DNA from: Treponema sp.
GTDB lineage: Bacteria > Spirochaetota > Spirochaetia > Treponematales > Breznakiellaceae
Length of the DNA stretch: 64,000 nt
Reading direction: 5' to 3'
Assembly (NCBI GenBank): GCA_031256445.1
Contig: JAIRQN010000107.1
Span: 10,401-74,400 of the forward strand
The notes below the pieces were generated by a model that saw only the letters and a list, made by a program, of their open reading frames with translations, was not told where the DNA came from and searched no databases. A program made the translations under genes and the position numbers. Each line of letters begins with the position of its first letter. Position 1 is the first letter of the stretch. This document shows positions 9,562-18,323 of the stretch, in pieces.

Positions 9562-11961
9562 TTAATAATCATCTCCGATTTTTTCATAAGATCTTCCCTG
9601 ATACTCGCTTAAAAAGCGTTTTTCCTGCCCTGAATCAAAACGGACGCGCACAATAGGCCCGTCTTCGCTGTCTTTCACTTCCATGACCGCGCCGTAACCG
9701 TGATCGTCATGAAAGAGGCGCTGTCCCGTCTTCCAGCCTGCGCGTTCTTCCAGTTCCCTGTTGACTTGCGCGCTGCTGGCCGCATTTTCCATATTAAAGG
9801 GATTTACTGATCTGCCGTTATTTGAATTTCGAACATTGAAATAACCAGAATTAAAACTTTCTTTTTTCCCCTCGCGCCGCGAACCGAAGGTCCGATGCGC
9901 CCCTGCGGGAGATTCATGATAAACCCGCAGAAAATTTCTGTCAACTTCGCGCAGAAACAGAGACGGCTGCGCCGGCATTGTTCTTCCGTACATGCGCCTT
10001 TCTTCGCAGGTTGTCATATACAGTTCGTCCATCGCGCGGGTCGCGCCGACATAAAAAAGCCTGCGCTCTTCTTCCAGCTCTTCGTCTTTTTTATCTTCAC
10101 GCGGGAAAATTCCGTGCTCAAGCCCTGTCATTATAACACGTTTGAACTCAAGCCCTTTTGTATTGTGAAATGTTATCAGCGTAACTGAGTTATTTTGATC
10201 GTTTTGATTATTTACATTTTCGTACATTGTTCTGTCCAGTTCTACATCTTCCAAAAATTTTAACAGCCCTTCGTAATTATTTGAATATTCGCTGGCTCCG
10301 TTCAGCAGTTCCTGCAAATTGTTAATCTTGGAATTACCGGCGGTTTCATCCTGCTCTTTATGGTATTCTGCAAGTCCTGATTCATTAATTAAATGTTCAA
10401 TGCAGACAGAAAGCCCTTCGCTGGATTTTAAACTTCCAATGCGTTCTTCCTTTTTCTCTTTCCGTATTTTTCTGCGTTTCTCCGTGCCGTAAACTTTCGG
10501 TTCGCCTGTGTGTGGAATTTCCGCTGTGGTTAAAACCGTTCTGGCGCCTTCTATTAATTTGTAAAACTCATCCAGCCCTTTTCTCGCTTTTTTGGAAATA
10601 TCCAGCTCTCTGTTCCCTGCTTCCTGATCTTTTCCCGCCTCGATAAGATCAATGCCGTTTACAATCGCCGCTTCTGCAATTTTTTCTACAGATACAGCGC
10701 CTATTCCCCTTGCCGGTTTATTCACTACACGGCGGAACGCTACTTCATCGCGGGGGTTAACAAGGAACGACAGAAGGGCGAGCGCGTCTTTTATTTCTTC
10801 CCTTTCATAAAATTTGAGCGAGCCGACTACGCGGTACGGGATTCCCCTTCGCAGGAATGTTGTTTCAAATCCAAGGGACTGTGCGTTTGTGCGGTAGAGG
10901 ATCGCCCAGTCTGACCACGCGGCCTGTTTTTTTTGTACCGAGTTTAAAATATTGTCGGCGCAGAACGCTGCTTCATCATCCTGATTCCTAAGATAGGCGA
11001 GCACAGGAAGAGGGCCGTCTCCTTTTTCAGCGCGGAGCGTTTTTCCAAGGCGGCCGTGGTTGCAATCCACTACTGAAGACGCGGCTTTTAATATGGGAGA
11101 TGTGGAGCGGTAATTGCGTTCAAGGCGGATTATATCGGCATCTGAAAAACGGTCCGGAAACTCAAGAATGTTTTTCACTTCCGCGCCCCGGAAACGGTAG
11201 ATGGATTGGTCGTCATCGCCGACTACGCAGACATAGGTATCCGCGCCGCAAAGTTCCTTTAAAAGCTGAAACTGCGCGACATTCGCGTCCTGATACTCGT
11301 CCACCATTATTACCGAAAAACGCTCATGGAAACGCCGCGCCGTTTCCGGCTGGCAGCGGAGAATCTCCACAGGTTTTTTTATCAGGTCGCCGAAATCGAC
11401 ATTGCCTATCTGCGACATGCGTTCTTCGTAACGCGCGTAAATATCGCGGAATTTTTTTCTGCCGTCTATTACGGCAAGCTCAGGGCTTTCCGGACACAGA
11501 AAATAATCTTTCGCGCGGGAGATATTATATGCGCACTTTTTAACTTCCGGCTTTGGAGCGTTCTCCATAATCGTGGACAGCAATGAAATGACATCATCGT
11601 CATCATAAATAACAAATCCGGAATTAAGGCCGGCAAGGTTTCCGTTGCGCCTTAAAAACCATGCGCCGAATGAATGAAAGGTGCGCAGCATGGCCTCTTC
11701 TGCGCGTTCTTCGATCTGCCTCGCGCGCTGCGCCATTTCCCTGGCCGCCTTGTTGGTAAATGTCACCGCGAGAATGGAGCGCGGATCCATTCCCTTTTCT
11801 CTGATGAGCCACGCGATTTTTGTGGTGATAACCCTTGTTTTTCCCGAGCCTGCGCCCGCGAGTATCAGAAGCGGCTTTCCTGTGTGCAAAACAGCCTGTC
11901 TCTGTTCCGGGTTAAGAGGCTCAAGATAGGAAGGTTCGGCCGCCGGTTTCATTGTCCGCAT
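9562..11961 (-). CDS. pcrA: ATP-dependent DNA helicase, UvrD/PcrA family
   Basis: Walker A AGAGSGKTRVIT, motif II VDEYQDAN, and SF1 helicase motifs throughout. The C-terminal segment FHDDHGYGAVMEV...VRVRFDSG resembles a Tudor-like domain. Confidence 0.88.
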   Translation of the reverse strand: MRTMKPAAEPSYLEPLNPEQRQAVLHTGKPLLILAGAGSGKTRVITTKIAWLIREKGMDPRSILAVTFTNKAAREMAQRARQIEERAEEAMLRTFHSFGAWFLRRNGNLAGLNSGFVIYDDDDVISLLSTIMENAPKPEVKKCAYNISRAKDYFLCPESPELAVIDGRKKFRDIYARYEERMSQIGNVDFGDLIKKPVEILRCQPETARRFHERFSVIMVDEYQDANVAQFQLLKELCGADTYVCVVGDDDQSIYRFRGAEVKNILEFPDRFSDADIIRLERNYRSTSPILKAASSVVDCNHGRLGKTLRAEKGDGPLPVLAYLRNQDDEAAFCADNILNSVQKKQAAWSDWAILYRTNAQSLGFETTFLRRGIPYRVVGSLKFYEREEIKDALALLSFLVNPRDEVAFRRVVNKPARGIGAVSVEKIAEAAIVNGIDLIEAGKDQEAGNRELDISKKARKGLDEFYKLIEGARTVLTTAEIPHTGEPKVYGTEKRRKIRKEKKEERIGSLKSSEGLSVCIEHLINESGLAEYHKEQDETAGNSKINNLQELLNGASEYSNNYEGLLKFLEDVELDRTMYENVNNQNDQNNSVTLITFHNTKGLEFKRVIMTGLEHGIFPREDKKDEELEEERRLFYVGATRAMDELYMTTCEERRMYGRTMPAQPSLFLREVDRNFLRVYHESPAGAHRTFGSRREGKKESFNSGYFNVRNSNNGRSVNPFNMENAASSAQVNRELEERAGWKTGQRLFHDDHGYGAVMEVKDSEDGPIVRVRFDSGQEKRFLSEYQGRSYEKIGDDY

Positions 11962-12163
11962 GTTTTATTTTAACAGAAAGGCGGCGGGAAGTGGAATCGC
12001 TTTTAAAGATTCTGATAATATTACCTTGACCGGCAGACTGGACGAAGAAACCGCAGTATACTTGATATTGATTCTGACAGGCGGGCCGGATACTCTGCTT
12101 GAATGATAATGCCGGTGTGTTTCTTTTCGTTGACGCCGGATAAAATTTTAAGGAGAAATGAAT

Positions 12164-13366
12164 ATGGCCAACAGGGTAAAAAAAGCGAATACATTTGTTT
12201 TTTGGTTTTTTAAACTGTTTATCAGGCCCGCTCTTTATATCATGTACCGTTTCAGGTTTGAAAAAAATACTTCAAAGGGGATAAAAAGACCCTGCTTCAT
12301 TCTTTCCAATCATCAGACCGTTATAGACCAGTTCGCTGTTTGCATGGGTTTTAATTTCGGGATAAATTTTGTCGGTAGCGATACCCTTTTCCGTTATGGT
12401 CTTAAAAGTAAATTAATGATGTTGATTGCGCGGCCAATTCCTTTTTCCAAAGGAAACTCCGATTTAACCGCCGTCCGAAATATGATTTCTGTTATTAAAG
12501 ACGGAGGATGCGTGGCGATGTTTCCCTCCGGCAACCGGAGTTTTTATGGCGAAGAAAGCACAATTGTAAAGGGCATTGGTAAAATGGCCAGGAAGTTTAA
12601 TGCGCCTCTTGTGCTGGTGCGGCTGCGCGGCGGATTTTTCACAATGCCAAGATGGAAGGTGAAAGCCAGCAAAGGAAAAATGAGAGCCTGCGTAACGAAG
12701 GTAGTGCCGGCACAGGAACTCGCCGCAATGACCAATGCTGAAGTTGATGAAATAATTCAAAAAGAGCTGGGTTTTAATGATTTTGAGTATAATAATACTG
12801 CGCGAATCGCCTTTCACGGAAAGCATAAAGCCGAGTACCTTGAAAGCGTGCTTTTTTATTGCCCGGAATGCAGCAGCTTAACCGGCCTTTATTCACAAGG
12901 CGATGAATTCTCCTGCCGCGGCTGCGGTATGAAGGTGAGAATTAATGATACCGGTTTTTTTGAAAAGATCAGTAAAGCTCAGAATGTTCCCGATACGATT
13001 CTGCAATGGAGCTATAAACAGCTTGATTATATTAAAAAGTTTGATTATTCCGGTTTTTCCTGTAAACCGCTGTTCAGCGATGATAATATTTCCCTTTCAA
13101 TAGCCGAACGGGCAAAAAATGAACATTTTTTAGGGAAAGGCTCGATAGAGTTTTTTTGCGACCGGTTTACCGCCTGCGGGCAGGAATTTTATTTTTTTGA
13201 AACGACAATGGCAGTTCAGGGCGTTAGGAAACTCACAATTTATAACAAAGACAGCGTCTACGCGGTTGAGGTTCCTTTCAGGACAAATTTAATGAAATAT
13301 ATGATATGCGGCTTTCATTTAAGGAATAATATCCTGAAAAATGATGTTGAATACTTCGGTTATTGA
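12164..13366 (+). CDS. PlsC-family acyltransferase with C-terminal Cys4 extension
   Basis: HX4D motif NHQTVID and FPSGNRS block. C-terminal CPEC...CRGC putative zinc ribbon. ATG at 12164 has better AAGGAG spacing than 12158. Confidence 0.65.
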   Translation: MANRVKKANTFVFWFFKLFIRPALYIMYRFRFEKNTSKGIKRPCFILSNHQTVIDQFAVCMGFNFGINFVGSDTLFRYGLKSKLMMLIARPIPFSKGNSDLTAVRNMISVIKDGGCVAMFPSGNRSFYGEESTIVKGIGKMARKFNAPLVLVRLRGGFFTMPRWKVKASKGKMRACVTKVVPAQELAAMTNAEVDEIIQKELGFNDFEYNNTARIAFHGKHKAEYLESVLFYCPECSSLTGLYSQGDEFSCRGCGMKVRINDTGFFEKISKAQNVPDTILQWSYKQLDYIKKFDYSGFSCKPLFSDDNISLSIAERAKNEHFLGKGSIEFFCDRFTACGQEFYFFETTMAVQGVRKLTIYNKDSVYAVEVPFRTNLMKYMICGFHLRNNILKNDVEYFGY

Positions 13367-13438
13367 TAGGATATACGATTTCTGTACTTATTATATGGTG
13401 CAATAACTGTACTTTTTTTCATTTTTCTATAAATTTAC

Positions 13439-13467
13439 TTGGAATTTTTTAAGAAATAGTATATATT
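13439..13467 (+). promoter_or_regulatory. Candidate sigma70-type promoter TTGGAA-N17-TATATT
   Basis: The -10 element ends 7 nt before ATG 13475 and no SD is visible, so the transcript may be leaderless. Confidence 0.3.
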
Positions 13468-13474
13468 AGCTAAT

Positions 13475-13927
13475 ATGAAAAGAGTAATGTTTTTCATAGC
13501 GTTAGCGCTATGTGTAAGTTCCCTGGCATTTGCCCAGGATCGGAATACCCGGTATATAGCTGTGCAGAATACGTCTCTGAAAGACGCCGCTGGTTTTTTT
13601 GCCAAAGACATTGGAAACCTTAAATTAGGCGATACGGTAACTCTTGTTCGCGACAGCGGAAAATGGAGCCAGGTAAAATCCGGGAATCTGACCGGATTCG
13701 TGGTTTCCGCCGATCTGAGCACGCGGCGGGTTTTAGCGTCAGGTTCTTCCAATGTTACAGCATCCGAAGTCGCTCTTGCCGGAAAAGGGTTCTCTCCCGC
13801 GATGGAAGTAGAATACCGCAAAAACGGCGTGGATTTTTCAGCGGTAGATACTATGGAAAAAATCAACGTATCAACTGACGATTTATTAAAATTTATTAAC
13901 GACGGACGCCTGGCAAAGGGGGAATAA
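13475..13927 (+). CDS. Secreted bacterial SH3-domain protein
   Basis: Signal peptide MKRVMFFIALALCVSSLAFA. SH3b-like segment GDTVTLVRDSGKWSQVKSGNLTGFV. Confidence 0.6.
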   Translation: MKRVMFFIALALCVSSLAFAQDRNTRYIAVQNTSLKDAAGFFAKDIGNLKLGDTVTLVRDSGKWSQVKSGNLTGFVVSADLSTRRVLASGSSNVTASEVALAGKGFSPAMEVEYRKNGVDFSAVDTMEKINVSTDDLLKFINDGRLAKGE

Positions 13928-14728
13928 ATGAGCAGATTACCGGTATTTATTTTAATAGCCGCATGTTTCTTTACGCAGCCTGTTTTCGTTCAGGGGCAGA
14001 GTTCATCAGATGATGATTTTTCCCTTGTAGACGCATATTATCTTGGGCGCGCTGTTGCGGCCAATATTCTGGCGGCTTATAAACCTTATACCGGTAATCC
14101 AGAGGCAACCCGTTATCTGAACGAGATTTGCCAAACCCTTATTATCAACTCTTCTCTTCCGCCTGCGTTTAACGGTTATCATGTGATGATTCTTGACAGT
14201 AATGAGTTTAACGCTTTTGCCACAACAGGCGGCCACATTTTTCTTACAAAAAGACTTATCGAATCCGCTAATTCAGAAGATATGCTTGCCGCTGTTATCG
14301 CGCATGAGCTTTCCCATATCGCGAAAAGGCACAGCATTATCGTAATTAATGAAATGAGATTTACCGCCGAAATGTCGTCAATAGCGAACCGCGCTTCTTC
14401 GCTCGCGGGCGCGCCGAACTCGGCTTCGCTCTTCCGCGATTCCATTTCAACTACGATGGATACATTAATGAAAGTCGGTTATTCCAAGAATCAGGAATAC
14501 GAAGCGGATATGGATGCTGTAGTAATGCTTCGCCGCGCCGGTTACCATCCGAACGCGCTTCTTGATATGCTTAATATTTTACAGAGACAGAGCATGACCC
14601 AGAAAAGCGGTTTATTTTCAACGCATCCCAGCCCGGCTGAGCGTATCGCGAATGTGCAGGGTTTACAGATTAGGGTTACCGATACCCGGCAATACAGGGA
14701 ATCGCGTTTTAAAAACATTAAGTTTTAG
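13928..14728 (+). CDS. M48-family zinc metallopeptidase
   Basis: HELSH zinc motif (IAHELSHIAKRH), downstream EYEAD, and a signal peptide. The start directly follows the stop of the SH3 gene. Confidence 0.8.
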   Translation: MSRLPVFILIAACFFTQPVFVQGQSSSDDDFSLVDAYYLGRAVAANILAAYKPYTGNPEATRYLNEICQTLIINSSLPPAFNGYHVMILDSNEFNAFATTGGHIFLTKRLIESANSEDMLAAVIAHELSHIAKRHSIIVINEMRFTAEMSSIANRASSLAGAPNSASLFRDSISTTMDTLMKVGYSKNQEYEADMDAVVMLRRAGYHPNALLDMLNILQRQSMTQKSGLFSTHPSPAERIANVQGLQIRVTDTRQYRESRFKNIKF

Positions 14729-14787
14729 GATATTTTTATTCTGTTTACAAGGCAGTTAACCGCCGTCTGAGTCCAATGTCCCAATGC

Positions 14788-14816
14788 TTGATCTTTGCGT
14801 TGTACTGGCATATCAT
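14788..14816 (+). promoter_or_regulatory. Candidate ftsH promoter TTGATC-N17-TATCAT
   Basis: The -10 element ends 9 nt before the ftsH ATG at 14826, and no SD is visible. Confidence 0.3.
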
Positions 14817-14825
14817 TAATGTAAA

Positions 14826-16805
14826 ATGAGTGAAAAATCCGGTGATAATAAAAATAAAGGCGGTCCGCAATTTCCTTTCGGCGGGCCGAATTTTCCAGAT
14901 TTAAAACCCTTCGGAGGTTGGAAATTCCTCATTTTTTATGTGGTAATCCTGGTAATCGGGATGAGCCTGTTTAATTTTGTTTTCTTAAACAAAATGAATC
15001 CGGCAATTGATTTTTCTGAATTTAAGGCTCGTATTTCTTCAGGCGAAATAAAGCGCGTTGAATTAACAGATTCCTACTTTACCGGTTATACAAACATATC
15101 AAAACGGGATATGCCCAACAGCCGTTTTTCGCGTTCTCCGTACATGACAGGCCCGAAGGGGGAGAGTTCCCGCTCATACGGAGTTGTCCAGGAACGGGTG
15201 TACCGTACTGTTTCCATTTACGATCCGGAATTTATCAAGCTGATGGATGAAAAAAACGTCGCTTACGGCGCGGTTTCGCGCGAAGGGAATACAGTTCTTA
15301 ATTTTATTTTCAGCTGGGTTTTGCCGATTGCCTTTTTTATTTTTATCTGGCGGTTTCTCTTGAAGCGTCTTGGGAATATGGGAGGCAATGTGCTTTCCAT
15401 AGGGCAGAACCGCGCCGTTATTGTCGCGGAGGGGGACATTATTACCCGGTTCAGCGATGTAGCGGGCGTGGACGAAGCAAAGGAAGAACTTGTCGAAGTT
15501 GTGGATTTTTTAAAAAGCTCCCAAAAATACAAAGAGATTGGCGGTAAAATTCCAAAGGGCGTACTCCTTGTCGGGCCGCCGGGAACAGGCAAAACCCTGC
15601 TCGCGAGGGCGGTCGCTGGCGAAGCCGGCGTTTCCTTTTTCCGCATGAGCGGCGCGGACTTTGTAGAGATGTTTGTCGGCGTAGGCGCCGCCCGCGTAAG
15701 GGATCTGTTCAAGCAGGCAAGAAGCAAAGCGCCCTGTATTATTTTTATTGACGAGCTTGACGCGATCGGCAAAAGCAGGATTAACAATATCGCGGGCGGC
15801 AATGACGAACGCGAACAGACGCTTAACCAGCTTCTTGTGGAAATGGACGGATTTGACGGCACAAGCGGCCTGATTATCCTTGCCGCGACAAACCGTCCCG
15901 ATGTTCTGGATCCCGCGCTTCTTCGCCCCGGGCGTTTTGATCGTCAGGTGCTTGTGGACAGGCCCGATTTAAAAGGGCGCGAGGCTATTTTACGGATTCA
16001 TTCCAAACCTGTCAGGCTGGATCCGACTGTAGACCTGGAAATTGTAGCGCGTGTAACATCCGGTTTTTCCGGGGCGGATTTGGCGAATATAGTAAACGAG
16101 GCCGCCCTTCTGGCGGTCAGAGCGGGGCGGAAAGTCGTTGTCCAGCGCGATTTTGACGAAGCAATTGAGAAAACCGTCGCCGGTCTGCAGAAAAAAACCA
16201 GGGTGCTCAGGCAGGAGGAAAGAAGGCTTACCGCCTACCACGAAGCCGGTCATGCAATGGTCGCGGCTTTTACACCTAACGCGGACCCTGTCCAGAAAAT
16301 TTCGATAATCCCCCGCGGATACGCGCTTGGCTATACGCTGCAGCTCCCGCTGGAAGACCGCTATACTGTTACGCGATCTGACCTTCTCGGCAGGATAGAC
16401 ATTCTTCTTGGCGGGCGCATTGCCGAAGAGATGATTTCCGGCGAATATTCCACCGGAGCCGCTAACGATCTGACCAAAGCGACTGACATTGCCCGCAAAA
16501 TGATTACCGATTACGGAATGAGCGAGCGTTTTAAAAATGTCGCGCTTACGTCGCGGGGGATGAGCATGACAGGCCAGGAGAGGCAGGATCCTTCATTCCA
16601 GCGCGAATACGCTGAAAGCACGCAGCAGTATGTTGATGAGGAAATTGCGCGTGTCATAGAAGTTGAGTACATAAAAGCAAAAAAAATCCTGGAAGATCGG
16701 CGCGGGATTCTTGATAATGTATCCGCCGCGCTGCTGGAAAAAGAAACGCTTGATGAAAAGGAATTCAAGGCTTTGCTTGGCGAGGGAATTTCGCTGGTTG
16801 CCTGA
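14826..16805 (+). CDS. ftsH: ATP-dependent zinc metalloprotease FtsH
   Basis: Walker A GPPGTGKT, Walker [31 protein letters not shown], and zinc motif HEAGHA. Confidence 0.97.
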   Translation: MSEKSGDNKNKGGPQFPFGGPNFPDLKPFGGWKFLIFYVVILVIGMSLFNFVFLNKMNPAIDFSEFKARISSGEIKRVELTDSYFTGYTNISKRDMPNSRFSRSPYMTGPKGESSRSYGVVQERVYRTVSIYDPEFIKLMDEKNVAYGAVSREGNTVLNFIFSWVLPIAFFIFIWRFLLKRLGNMGGNVLSIGQNRAVIVAEGDIITRFSDVAGVDEAKEELVEVVDFLKSSQKYKEIGGKIPKGVLLVGPPGTGKTLLARAVAGEAGVSFFRMSGADFVEMFVGVGAARVRDLFKQARSKAPCIIFIDELDAIGKSRINNIAGGNDEREQTLNQLLVEMDGFDGTSGLIILAATNRPDVLDPALLRPGRFDRQVLVDRPDLKGREAILRIHSKPVRLDPTVDLEIVARVTSGFSGADLANIVNEAALLAVRAGRKVVVQRDFDEAIEKTVAGLQKKTRVLRQEERRLTAYHEAGHAMVAAFTPNADPVQKISIIPRGYALGYTLQLPLEDRYTVTRSDLLGRIDILLGGRIAEEMISGEYSTGAANDLTKATDIARKMITDYGMSERFKNVALTSRGMSMTGQERQDPSFQREYAESTQQYVDEEIARVIEVEYIKAKKILEDRRGILDNVSAALLEKETLDEKEFKALLGEGISLVA

Positions 16806-16814
16806 TGTATTGCG

Positions 16815-17153
16815 TTATCTTATTTTGCTTCTGCCAAGGTACTGATCTGTAAGATCAGCGACTACTTTCTGCAGTGAATCGTTAAAATCCTTCACATAAA
16901 GCATAACGTCATTATTGTTAATATTTTCCGGGAGAAAAAACTGAAACGGTTCCACGCTTAACGCTGCTGACAGTTTTGCCAGCGTTTTCGCGGATACTCC
17001 TTTTTTGCAATTTTCGATATCGTTAATAAAGTTATGCGTAAGACCTGTGCTTGCCGCAAGGCTAAGCTGTGAAATATTCTGCAGCGTTCTCAGCCGCCTC
17101 ATATTACCGCTGATAAGTTTGAATATATATTTTTCGTCAATTTTGGTTTTCAT
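16815..17153 (-). CDS. XRE-family helix-turn-helix transcriptional regulator
   Basis: HTH_3-like segment LRTLQNISQLSLAASTGLTHNFINDIENCKKGVSAKTLAKLSAAL. Confidence 0.8.
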   Translation of the reverse strand: MKTKIDEKYIFKLISGNMRRLRTLQNISQLSLAASTGLTHNFINDIENCKKGVSAKTLAKLSAALSVEPFQFFLPENINNNDVMLYVKDFNDSLQKVVADLTDQYLGRSKIR

Positions 17154-17225
17154 AAATTAAATTTTCAATTTTTTATTAATATATGCAAATAACCAAAAGT
17201 GAAATTTATGTCGCTGAGGGTTTAT

Positions 17226-18224
17226 CTAAAGTTCTATACCGTTATAAAGAAGAATTTCCGGACGATATTCAAAATGCATTGTGTCATATTCGGGCCACTT
17301 GCCGCCCCAGATAAAACCATGTTTTTCAAATATTTTGATAACCTCATCCGGCTGATGGTAGCGCTGGTTGTACGGAATACTCCACCAGTCGGTTTTTTTA
17401 TTCTGCGAGGTCCAAAGCCAGTATGTTTCTTTGCCGCCGAATGATTTGGGAAGGATGTCAATCGCGAGTCCGTATGAATGATTGGAACGGTTCTGGGATT
17501 CGGCGATATTTCTCCAGTTGTACGATTCAATCTTGTTGATGCTGTTAATCCATCTTTGAATAACAGGTTTTGTTTTTGCTGCGGTAACAATATCGTTTTC
17601 TGCAAGTATCAGTTTGTCCAGGATATCCTTATGAACTGTCAACGGCTTTCCAAGAAAAGTGTGCCTTATCATCATGGCGTCAGCTTCGCTCCGGCTGCTT
17701 ATGCCCCAGATTGCATCGTAAAGATGGGTGGAACGGCGCGTGGTAATATTTACCCTGTTAGCGGTCCAGTTATTGTAGCGGGCCGCCATTTCGGGGGTTG
17801 GTTCCTTCCATGGAGGCAGGTCTTTTTCGTAGTGGTAGAACGGCTGACGGCGGAATTCGTCCGCTTGTTCGACCAGGAATTCGGGCAGTAATTTCCCTTC
17901 CGCGTAATAGTACCAGGTGTCTTTTAACAGAATTGCCCAGTCTTCATTGCGGAATTCGATTTGTTCAACTTTATCCGGATACGCTGACGCAATCGAACGC
18001 ATTACTTTCTCCGCCCTGAGCATCTCCGGACTTTCGGTTTTCGGAATTTTCGGCTCTATAATTATATCTTCTATGGCCTGCGGTATTGACTGTGATTCGA
18101 TAATAATCAGTTCAGCGTTTGCAGGCACATCCGCCGGATTCGGAGCGGCTTGCCGTCTTCCGCCGGCGTAAATACCGCCTGTTATTAACAATAAAACAAT
18201 GAATAATACCGCAATTTTTTTCAT
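17226..18224 (-). CDS. Secreted M15-family (VanY/D-Ala-D-Ala carboxypeptidase-like) peptidoglycan peptidase
   Basis: Signal peptide. SNHSYGLAIDI (H-x-x-G-x-A-x-D) and HGFIWGGKW..YDTMHFEY are typical of M15 zinc peptidases. Confidence 0.65.
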   Translation of the reverse strand: MKKIAVLFIVLLLITGGIYAGGRRQAAPNPADVPANAELIIIESQSIPQAIEDIIIEPKIPKTESPEMLRAEKVMRSIASAYPDKVEQIEFRNEDWAILLKDTWYYYAEGKLLPEFLVEQADEFRRQPFYHYEKDLPPWKEPTPEMAARYNNWTANRVNITTRRSTHLYDAIWGISSRSEADAMMIRHTFLGKPLTVHKDILDKLILAENDIVTAAKTKPVIQRWINSINKIESYNWRNIAESQNRSNHSYGLAIDILPKSFGGKETYWLWTSQNKKTDWWSIPYNQRYHQPDEVIKIFEKHGFIWGGKWPEYDTMHFEYRPEILLYNGIEL

Positions 18225-18323
18225 TTTGCTTTTATATCACAGGACGCGGGTAATAGTCAATCACCAGCGGAAAAAATATTATGTTTACTTGTTGATTCTA
18301 TTATTAAATGTTATAATATTTTC

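Noticed and set aside
13435-13866. 143-aa minus-strand ORF
   Set aside because: It overlaps the SH3 protein gene, which has a signal peptide, a promoter and operon context. The antisense translation shows no motifs.
15263-15862. 199-aa minus-strand ORF
   Set aside because: It is antisense to the AAA+ core of ftsH and is a shadow ORF with Ser/Pro-rich composition.
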